64,000 nt of DNA, taken from the NCBI GenBank assembly GCA_965287045.1, contig OZ336895.1, positions 24,118,001 through 24,182,000 of the forward strand, read 5' to 3'. The notes below the pieces were generated by a model. It saw nothing but the letters and a program-made list of their open reading frames with translations. It searched no databases and was not told where the DNA came from. Made by a program: the position numbers and the translations under genes. Numbering within the stretch: position 1 is the stretch's first letter; each line of letters opens with the position of its first letter. This document shows, piece by piece, positions 14,001 to 26,000 of this stretch. Source of the DNA: Carcharhinus amblyrhynchos. Lineage: Eukaryota.

Positions 14001-17000
14001 TCTCTTATCAGGTTTACACATTCCGTTAACTCCAGATATAGAAAAAATTAATTGAATGTATTAAAAGGAAGCCCCAAGTAATGTAATGTGCAGATGAGAT
14101 TTACTCATTATAGTTGTTTTAACTAAATTCCATGATATGGGAGTAAAGTTGATTTTTATGTGAGAAATTGCATATGTTTTTCTATGCTGTCTGTAATTCC
14201 TAAGACTATCACTTATTTAAATAACAGCAGAGGAATCTTCAGCTGCAACTAGTGAAACATCCACAGCAGCACAAAGCTCAACATCAGCTTCTGTCCCAAC
14301 AAGTACAATAGCGCAAACAAATACAGTGAGCTCCACTGAAGCATCAACAACTGAAGCAACAACAGGCACTACACCATCCCCATCAACAAGCGGTGAGTAT
14401 TTCAAAGCATTCTTTGCAGCTATTCCGTTCCCAATTCTGACAATCTACTGGAAGTTAGAAGTAACTTAATGATCTAATAATATGACAGTCATATCCTGTT
14501 TTTTGATATCTGCCTTGTAAGATGCTACGAGTTAGTTGCACTGTATAACAAGACGAGGAATGTCTTATAATCTTTGAACGTTACCCAGGCATTTTATGTA
14601 ACTTTTTAAGTCTGTCATCTATTTTAGTAACTACAGCAACAGAACAGTCGACTGCAAACATTGAGATATCCAGTGCAGCACAAACCACTGCATCAGCTAT
14701 TCCTTCAACAAGTACAATTGCATCAACAACTACACTGAGCTCAACAGAAGCATCGACAACTGCAGAAGCATCAATCACAGCATCCATCCCTTCAACAAAT
14801 AGTGAGTATATGAGCGATCTCTTGTATCTCTTGTATCTCCAGGTATATAAACAATTAATTGAATGTGTTAAAAGCAAGGCCCAAGTTGTGTAACGTGTAG
14901 ATGGGATTTTCTCATTAGAGTCGTTTTAACATGCCAAGTTACATTACTAAATTCCATGTTCCATGTTGAGTAAAATTGATTTTTATGCGAGACATTGCGT
15001 GTCTTTTTCCACGCTGTTTGTAACTTCCTAAGACCTATTTTAATAACAGGAGAAGAATCTTCAGCTGCAAGTACTGAGACATCCACAACAGCACAAAGCT
15101 CAACATCAGCTTCTGTCTCAACAAGTACAACAGCGCAAACAACTACAGTGAGCTCCATTGAATCATCAACAACTGAAGCAATAACAGGCACTACACCACT
15201 CCCATCAACAAGTGGTGAGCATAACAAAACATTCTTTGCAGTTATTTGATTCTCAGTCCTGAAAAATTACTGGTTCTTAGAAACAAATTAAGGACATGTG
15301 AAAATACTACAGTGGTACGCGGTTGGATCCAGTTAAACATTGGAACAATCTTGTGGTCCATTCTCAACAAGGTTTATCTTCAGAAGCAAAAGACCATGTT
15401 AACTTACTCAGAAAGCACACAACTGATGAACATTAACAATATATAAATCACAAATAATGATATGATATAGTATCAATACTCCCTGTATCACAGGATAAAA
15501 ACATTGGCTGTTTTGACAATAGTGGCAGAAACATCAACTTCAGTCCTGAAAAACTACCGGAAGTAAGAAACACATAAAGGATATAATAAAATGACAATAG
15601 CATCCTGTTTTTTCATTCCTGCTTTGCAAGATGCCAATAGTTATTTACACTGTACATAAGCCAAAGAAAGTACCTTTTAAGCGAGAATGTTTGAATGTGG
15701 TTTCAGGCACAGGTATCCCTCTTTTAACCTGTCACCTATTTTAATAATTGCAGTAGCAGAACAATCGAATGCAAACATACAGACATCCAGTACAGCACAA
15801 ACCACGACATCAGCTCCTGCCTCAACAAGTACAATTGCATCAACAACTACACTGAGCTCAACAGAAGCATCGACAATTGCAAAAGCATCAATCACAACAT
15901 CCATCCCTTCAACAAGTAGTGAGTATACGAGTGCTCTCTTATGAGTTTTATCATCTTTATGCATTCCACTAACTCCAAGTATAGAAACAATTAATTAAAG
16001 ATGTCAAAAGTAAGCCCCACGTAATGTGCAGATGATATTGGTTCATTCAGCGTTTCTCAACATGTCCACCTTACATTGCAATGTTAAAGCATTTCATTCA
16101 CTGTGGCACAGTGGCAATGTATGACTGTGCAATGCCAAGTAGTGGCATTCTGAACTCTTCCACCAGCTGCAACTACAGAAACTCATAACTGAAATTTAAT
16201 AAAATAATTCAGCATCATGTTTGCTATGTGTATGCACAGGATTGATGACATGTAAAAGAGCATTGGTGCTCTAATGCTGTCACAATTCCAGGCCATTTTA
16301 TCCTGCTTGCTCTAAAGCTTTATACATGAGTTTTGACAAAAAATACAATGCAAATATGAAGTAAAATCATTAATATACTGATTTCTTTTGATTTCCTTTT
16401 ATATACTTTTCAATTCTACCAATAATAACACTTTATTTAATCACAGCAGCATCAGAATCAACAGCAAATGCACTGACTTCCACTGCAGCACCAACATCGC
16501 CATCCGCACCCACCTCACCAAGTACAATAGCACCAACATCTACAGCAAGCTCCACTGAATCATCCTCACCTGAAGCAATGACAATAACAACATCAATCCC
16601 TTCAACAAAAGGTGAGTCGGAGTGCTCCATAATCAGTTGGAGAATTCCAAACTCTTGCACTGTTCTTGAACTCTTGGAAAAACTTAATAAAATTTAATAA
16701 AATAGCATAATTTTGGCTACATATACTCAGGGTAGAATAATGAGCAAATGCCATGCTTTAATATCTGCTTTGCAAGATTACATTAGATAGTGACACTGTA
16801 TATCAGACAAAGAACTTGGATTATTAGCTATAATGTGAGCATACTGTTTCAGGCATGCTTTTTGACTCAAGCATGTTACCTTTTTTAATAACTACAGCAA
16901 TAGAACAGCCGACTGCAAACATTGAGACATCCAGTACAACACAAACCACTGTACCAGCTCCTCCCTCAACAAATACAATTACATCGACAACTACACTGAG

Positions 17001-20000
17001 CTCAACAAAAGCATCAACTGCAGAAGCATCAGTCACAACATCCATCCCTTCAATAAGTAGTGAGTATACGAGCGCTCTCTTATCAGGTTTACGCATTCCG
17101 TTAACTCCAGATATAGAAAAAATTAATTGAATGTATCAAAAGGTAGCCCCAAGTAATGTAATGTGCAGATGAGATTTACTCATTATAGTTGTTTTAACAT
17201 GCTAAGTTACATTACTAAGTTCCATGTTATGGGAGTAAAGTTGATTTTTATGTGACACCTGCTTGTAATTCCTAAGACTATCACCTATTTTAAAAACAGC
17301 AGAAGAATCTTCAGCTGCAACTACTGAGACATCCACAGCAGCACAAAGCTCAATATCAGCTTCTGTCTCAACAAGTACAATAGCGCAAACAACTACAGTG
17401 AGCTCCACTGAAGCATCAACAACTGAAGCAACAACAGGCACTACACCACCCCCATCAACAAGCAGTGAGTATTTCAAAGCATTCTTTGCAGCTATTCCAT
17501 TCCCAATTCTGAAAATCTACTGGAAGTTAGAAGCACCTTAATGATCTGATAATATGACAGTCATATCCTGTTTTTTGATACCTGCCTTGCAAGATGCTGA
17601 GTTAGTTGCACTGTATAATAAGATGAGGAATGTCTTATAATCTTTGAAAGTTATCCAGGCATTTTATGTAACTTTTTAAGCCTGTCATCTATTTTAGTAA
17701 CTACAGCAACAGAACAGTCGACTGCAAACATTGAGATATCCAGCACAGCACAAACCACTACATCAGCTCCTTCCCCAACAAGTACAATTACATCAACAAC
17801 TACACTGAGCTCAACAGAAGCATCGACAACTGCAGAAGCATCGATCCCAACATCCGTCCCTTCAACAAGTAGTGAGTATATGAGCGACCTCTTGTCAGTT
17901 TCAACATCCTTATACATTCCTGTTACCTCCAGGTCTATAGACAATTAATTGAATGTGTTAAAAGCAATCCCCAAGTTGCATAATGTGTAGATGGGATTTT
18001 CTCATTAGAGTCATTTAAACATGCCAAGTTACATTACTAAATTCCATGTTCCATGTTGAGTAAAATTGATTTTTATGCGAGACATTGCGTGTGTTGTTCC
18101 ACACTGTTTGTAACTTCCTAAGACTATCACCTATTTTAATAACAGGAGAAGAATCTTCAGCTACAACTACTGAGACATCCACAGCAGCACAAAGCTCAAC
18201 ATCAGCTTCTGTCTCAACAAGTACAATAGCGCAAACAACTACAGTGAGCTCCACTGAAGCATCAACAACTGAAGCAACAACAGGCACTACACCACCCCCA
18301 TCAACAAGTGGTGAGTGAATCAAAACATTCTTTGCAGTTATTTGATCCTCAGTCCTGAAAAATTACTGGTTCTTAGAAACAAATTGAGGACATGTGGAAA
18401 TACTACAGTAGTACGCTGTTGGTTCCTGTTAAACATGGAACAATCTTGCGGTCCTTTCTCAATGAGGTTTATCTTCAGTAGCAAAAGACCATGTTAACTT
18501 ACTCAAAAAGCCCACGATTGATGAATATTAACAATATATTATTCACAAATAATGATATATTATCAATACTACCTGTATCACGGGATAAGAACATTGTTTC
18601 TGCCACTATTGTTAAAACACCTATCAACTTCAGTCCTGAAAAAACTACAGGAAGTAAGAAACACAAAGGATATAATAAAACGACAATAGCATCCTGTTTT
18701 TTCATTCCTGCTTTGCAAGATGCCAATAGTTATTTACACTGTACATAAGCCGAAAAAAGTACATTTTAAGTGAGAATGTTTGAATGTGGTTTCAGGCACA
18801 GGTATCCCTCTTTAAACCTGTCACCTATTTTAATAATTGCAGTAGCAGAACAATCGAATGCAAACATACAGACATCCAGTACAGCACAAACCATGACATC
18901 AGCCCCTGTCTCAACAAGTACAATTGCATCAACAACTACACTGAGCTCAACAGAAGCATCGACAACTCCAGGAGCATCAATCACGACATCCCTCCCTTCA
19001 ACAAGTAGTGAGTATATGAGTGCTCTCTCATGAGTGTTTACATCTTTATGCATTCCACTAACTCCAAGTATAGAAACAATTAATTGAAGAGGTCAAAAGT
19101 AATCCCCACGTAATGTGCAGATGATATTGGTTCATTCAGCTTTTTTCAACAAGTACAATGTTAAAGCATTTCGTTCACTGTGGCACAGGGGCAATGTATG
19201 ACCGTGCAAAGCCAAGTAGTAGCATTCTGAACTCTTCCATCAACTGCAACTACAGAAACTCATAATTGAAATTTAATAAAATAATTCAGCATCATGTTTG
19301 CTACGTGTACACACAGGATTAATGATATGTAAAAGAGCAGTTGTGCTCTAATGCTGTCACAATTCCAGGCCATTTTATCCTGCTCACTCTATACATGAGT
19401 TTTGACAAAAATACAACGCAAATATGAAGTCAAATTATTAATATACTGATTTCTTTTGATTTCCTTTTATACCCTTTTCAGTTCTATCAATAATAATAAA
19501 CACTTTATTTAATCACAGCAGCATCAGAATCAACAGCAAATGCACCGACTTCCACCGCAGCACCAACATCGCCATCAGCACCTAACTCACTAAGTACAAT
19601 CGCACCAACATCTACAGCAAGCTCCACTGAATCACCCACACCAGAAGCAACAACAATAACAACATCAATCCCTTCAACAAGTGGTGAGTCTGAGCGCTCC
19701 CGACTCAGTTGGAGAATTCCGAACTCTTGCACTGAGTGCAATTGGAAAAACTTAATGAAATTTAACAAAATAATATACCATAATTTTGGCTACATATATT
19801 CAGAGTAGAATAATGAGCAAATGCCATGCTTTAATATCTTCTTTGCAAGATTACATTAGATGGTTACACTGTATATCAGGCAAAGAGCCTGGATTATTAG
19901 CTATAATGTGAGCATATTGTTTCAGGCATGTTTCTTGAATCTTTAAGCGTGTTACCTTTTTTAATAACTACAGCAATAGAACAGCCGACTGCAAACATTG

Positions 20001-23000
20001 AGACATCCAGTTCAACACAAACCACTATATCAGCTCCTCCCTCAATAAATACAATTACAATTACATCGACAACTACACTGAGCTCAACAGAAGCATCAAC
20101 TGCAGAAGCATCAATCACAACATCCCTCCCTTCAACAAGTAGTGAGTATACGAGTGCTCTCCTATCAGGTTTACACATTCTGTTAACTCCAGATATCAAA
20201 AAAATTAATTGAATGTATTAAAAGGAAGCCCCAAGTAGTGTAATGCGCAGATGAGATTTACTCATTGTAGTTGTTTTAATATGCCAAGTTACGTTCCTAA
20301 ATTCCATGTTATGGGAGTAAAGTTGATTTTTATGTGAGACCTGTTTGTAATTCCTAAGACTATCACTTATTTAAATAACAGCAGAAGAATCTTCAGCTGC
20401 AACTACTGAGACATCCACAGCAGCACAAAGCTCAATATCAGCTTCTGTCTCAACAAGTACAATAACGCAAACATCTACAGTGAGCTCCACTGAAGCAACA
20501 GGCACGACACCACCCCCATCAACAAGCAGTGAGTATTTCAAAGCATTCTTTGCAGCTATTCCATTCCCAATTCTGACAATCAACTGGAAATTAGAAGCAC
20601 CTTAATGATCTGATAATATGACAGTCATATCCTGTTTTTTGATACCTGCCTTGCAAGATGCTGAGTTAGTTGCAATGTATAATAAGACGAGGAATGTCTT
20701 ATAATCTTTGAAAGTTATCCAGGCATTTTATATAACTTTTTAAGCCTGTCATCTATTTTAGTAACTACAGCAACAGGACAGTCGACTGCAAACATTGAGA
20801 TGTCCAGTGCAGCACAAACCACTACATCAGCTATTCTGCCAACAAGTACAATTGCTTCAACAACTACACAGAGCTCAAGAGAAGCATCAACAACTGCAGA
20901 AGCATCAATCACAACATCCATCCTTTCAACAAGTAGTGAGTATATGAGTGATCTCTTGTCAGTTTTAACATCTTTATACATTCCTGTTACCTCCAGGTAT
21001 ATAAACAATTAATTGAATGTGTTAAAAGCAAGGCCCAAGTTGTGTAACGTGTAGATGCGATTTTCTCATTAGAGTCGTTTTAACATGCCAAATTGTATTA
21101 CTAAATTCCACGTTCCACGTTGACTAAAATTTATTTTTATGCGAGACATTGCGTGTGTGTTTTTCCATGCTGTTTATAACTTTCTAAGACTATCACCTAT
21201 TTTAATACAGGAGAGGGATCTTCAGCTGCAACTACTGAGACATCCACAGCAGCACAAATCTCAACATCAGCTTCTGTTCCAACAAGTCCAGTAGCACAAA
21301 CAACTAGAGTGAGCTCCACTGAAGCATCAAGAACTGAAGAAACAACAGGCATTACACCATCCCTGTCAACAATTGGTGAGTATATCAAAGAATTTTTTGC
21401 ACCTATTCCATTCCCAATCCTGAAAAACTACTGATTGTAGAAACAAACTGAGGACATGTGAAAATACTACAGTGGTATGTTGTTGGTCACAATTAAACAT
21501 GGAACAATCTCATGGTCCTTTCTCAACTCAGTAGCAAAAGACCATGTTAAATTACTCAAAGAAAACCCACGATTGATGAGTATTAACAATATATAATTCA
21601 CAACTGCTGGTGAAAAATGACAATATGGTATTAATGATCCCTATATCACAGAATTAAGACATTGCCTGTTTTAACAATAGTGGTAGACATATCAACTTCA
21701 GTCCTAAAAATCTACAGGAAGTCAGAAACATTGAAAGGATATAATAATACAACAATAGCATCCTTTTCTTTCATTTCTGCTTTGCGAGACGCTATTAGTT
21801 ATTTACACTATACATTAGCTGAAGAAACCTTTTAAGCAAGAATATTTGGAAGTGGTTTCAGACACAGGTATCCCTACTTAAGCCTATCACTATTTTAATA
21901 ATTGCAGCAACAGAACAGTTAACTGCAAACACACAGACATCCAGTATAGCGCAAACTACGACATCAGCTCCTCCCTCAACAAGTACAAAGGCATCAATAA
22001 CTACACTGAGCTTGACAGAAGCATCAACTGCGGAAGCATCAATCACAACATCCCTCCCTTCAACAAGTAGTGAATATACGAGCGCTCTCTTATAAATTTT
22101 CACATCTCTGCGCATTCCACTAAGTCCAAGTATAGAAACAATTAATTCAATGTATCAGAAATAAGACACAAGTACGGTAATGTGCAGATGAGATTTGCTC
22201 ATTAGACCTTTCTTAACATGGCTGCCTTACATTACCGTTTCCTTCATTGTGGTACAGTAGCAATGTATGACTGTGCAATAATGAGTTGTAGCGTTCTGAA
22301 CTCTTCCAGCAACTGCAACTACAGAAACTCATAATTGAATTTAATAAACTAATTCAGCATTATGTTGGCTGTGTGTACACACAGGATTAATGATATGTGA
22401 AAGAGCATTTGTGGTCTAAGGCTGTCACAAGTCCAGGCCATTTTATCCTGCTCGTTCTCATTCCTTATCCATGAGTTTTGACACAAATTTCACCACACAA
22501 ATGAAATAAAATCTTTAATATATTGGTCCATTCTTTTCATTTACCTCAATCACAATAAACACTTTATTTAATCACAGCAGCATCAGAATCGACAGTAAAT
22601 TCACTGACTTCCACCGCAGCCCCAACATTGCCATCAGCACCTACTTCACCAAGTACAATAGCACCAACATCTACAGCAAGCTCCACTGAATCATCCACAC
22701 CTGAAGCAACAACAATAACATCAATCCCTTCAACAAGCGGTGAGTATGAGCGCTCTCTATTCAGAATGTAGCATTCTGAATTCTTCCATCGACTGCAATT
22801 AGACAAACTTACTGAAAGTTAACAAAAGAAGACAGCATAATGTTGGTTGCATGTATTCAGAATAGAATAATGTGCAAATGTTATGCTTTGATACCCACTT
22901 TGCAAGATTACATTAGATAGTTACACTGTATATCAGACGGAGAGTCTGGATTATTAGCTATAATGTTAGCATGTTGCTTCAGTCATTTTGTATCCCTCTT

Positions 23001-26000
23001 TAAGCCTGTGACCTTTTTTAATAACTGAAGCAACAGAACAGTTGACTGCAAACATTGAGACATCCAGTGCAGCCCAAACCACTACATCAGCTCCTCCCTC
23101 AACAAGTACAATTGCATCAACAACTACACTGAGCTCAACAGAAGCACTGACAACTGCAGAATCAACAATCACCACATCCCTCCCTTCAACAAGTAGTGAG
23201 TATATGAGTGCTCTCTTAACAGTTTTAACATCTCTATGCTTTCCTCGCACCAAGTATAGAAACAACAAGTTCGATGTACCTAAAGTAAGCCCCAAGGAGA
23301 TGAGATTTGCTCATTCCGGTTTTCTTAATATGCCTGGTTTACAATAAAATAGTAAAGCTTTTACTTCCACCGACTGCAGTTACAAAATCTTTTATTTGAA
23401 TTTAATAAAATAATTCATCATTATGTTTGCTATGTGTACGTACAGGATTAATAATATGTAAAAGAGAATTGGTGCTCTAATACTGTCATAATTCCAGGTC
23501 ATTCCATCCTGCTCACTTTCATTCATGATATATGTGCTTTGAGTAAAAATTACAACACAAATATGAAATAAAATCATTAATATATTGGCCTAGCTTTTTC
23601 AATCACCTGAAGAACAATAATCACTTTAATCATAGCAGCATCAGAATCGACAGCAAATACACCGACTCCCACCGCAGCACCAACATCACCATCAGCACCT
23701 ACCTCACCAAGTACAATAGCACCAACATCTACAGCAAGCTCCACTGAATCACCCACACCTGAAGCAACAACAATAACATCATCAATCCCTTCAACAAGTA
23801 GTGAGTATGAGTATTCTCTATTCAGTTATAGCATCCTGAATTCTTGCATTGAGTACAATTAGAACAACTTAATAAAATTTTAAAAAATATATATTCAGAG
23901 AAGAATAATGTGTAAATGCCATATTTTGTTACTTGCTTTGCAAGATTACATTGGATAGTTACAGTCTTTGTCTGATATACAGTGTATGTTATCAGCTATA
24001 ATGTTTGGTATTATGTTGTTTCAGTCATTTTGTATAACTCTTTAAATGTGTCCCCTATTTTAATAACTGCAGCAACAGAACAATCGACTGCAAACATTGA
24101 GACATCCACTACAGCCCAAACCATTCCATCAGCTCCCGCCTCAACAAGTACAATTGCATCAACAACTGCATTGAGCTCAGCAGAAGCATCAACAACTGCA
24201 GAAGCATCAATCACAACATCCATCCCTTCAACAAGTAGTGAGTATATGAATGCTGTCTTATCAAGTTTAACATCTTTATTCATTCTGCTAACTCCAAGTG
24301 GCGATACCACTAATTTAATGTAACAAAATTAAGCCCCAGGAAGAATAATGTGCAGATGAGATTTGCTCATTCGAGTTTCCTTAACTTACCTGGTTTGCAT
24401 TACAATATTAAAGGTTTCATTGCAGCATGGTGGCAATGTATGAGTGCGCATTACCTAATTGTAGCATTCTGAACTCTAGCACTGACTGCAATTAGAACAA
24501 CTTAATCAAAATTAACAAAATAATACAGCATAATGTTGGATACAAATATTCAGAGTAGAATAATGTGCAAATGTCATGCTTTGATAACTGTTTGCAAGAT
24601 TACATCAGATAGTCACACGGTACATCAGATGAAGAAGCTGGATTATCAGCTATAATGTGAGCATGTCGTTTCTGTCATTTTGTACAGCTCTTTAAACCTG
24701 TCACCTATTTTAATAACAGCAGCATCCACAAAGTCGACTGCAAGCACTGAGACACCCAGTACAGCACAAACCACAACATCAGCTCCTCCCTCAAGAACAA
24801 CACTGAGCTCAACAGAAGCATCGACAACTGCAGAAGCATCAATCACAACAACCCACCCTTCAACAAGTAGTGAGTACATGGGTGCTCTGTTATCAATTTT
24901 AACATCTCGATGCATTCCATTAATTCTAGGTATTGAATGAATTAAAAGCAAGCCCTGAGTAGAGTAATGAGCAGATGACATTTGCTCATTAGAGTTGTTT
25001 TAACATGCCAAGTTCCGTTATTAAATTCCACGTTATGTGAGTAAAGTTGATTTTTACGTGAGACATTGCGTGTATTTTTCCATGCTGCTTGTAACTTCCT
25101 AAGCCTATCACCTATTTCAATAATAGCAGAAGAATCGTCAGCTGCAACTACTGAGACATTCACAGCAACACAAAGCTCAGCATCAGCTTCTGTCTCAACA
25201 AGTACAATAGTGCAAACAACTCGAGTGAGCTCCACTGAAGGATCAACAACTGAAGCAACAGGCACTACACCACCCCCATCAACAAGTGGTGAGTGTATGA
25301 AAGCATTCTTTGCAGCTATTCCATTGTAAGTTATGAAAAACTACTGGAAGTTGCTATATCCCTCCCTTCAACAAGCAATGAGTATATGGGTGCTCTCTTA
25401 CGAATTTCTCCATGCATCTCCATACATTCCACTAACTCCAAGTATAGAAATAACTAATTGAATGTAGCAAATGAAACCTCAAGTAGAGTAATGTACAGAT
25501 GAAATTTCCTCATTAGAGTTTTCTTCACACGTCTGGCTTACATTAAAATATTAAAACTGTTACTTCTCTGCGGCATGGTGGCAGTATGTGAGCACTCTCT
25601 ACATAGTTGTGGCATTCTGAACTCTTCCACTGACTGCATCTACAATCACTCTGAATTGAAATTTACTTAAATAATTCAGCATGATGTTTGCTGTGTGTAC
25701 CTATATGCACATGATTAATGATATATAAAACAACACTGGTGTTCTAATGTTGTCTCAAAATCAGGCCATTTTATCCTGCTGACTATTGTTCACTATACAG
25801 TAGTTTTGTTAAATATTACAACACAAGTATGAAGTAAAATCATTAATATATTGGTCAATCCTTTTAATTTCCATCAATAATAATAAACACTTTATTTAAT
25901 CACAGGTGTATCAGAATCGACAGCAAATGCACCGACTTCCACCACAGCACAAACATCACCATCAGCACCTACCTCACCAAGTACAATCGCACCAACATCT

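Noticed and set aside
877-19008. Cys/Asn-rich alternative-frame ORFs (MFYFNYCSNRTVNYKH...)
   Set aside because: Off-frame readings of A exons, open in only a few copies.
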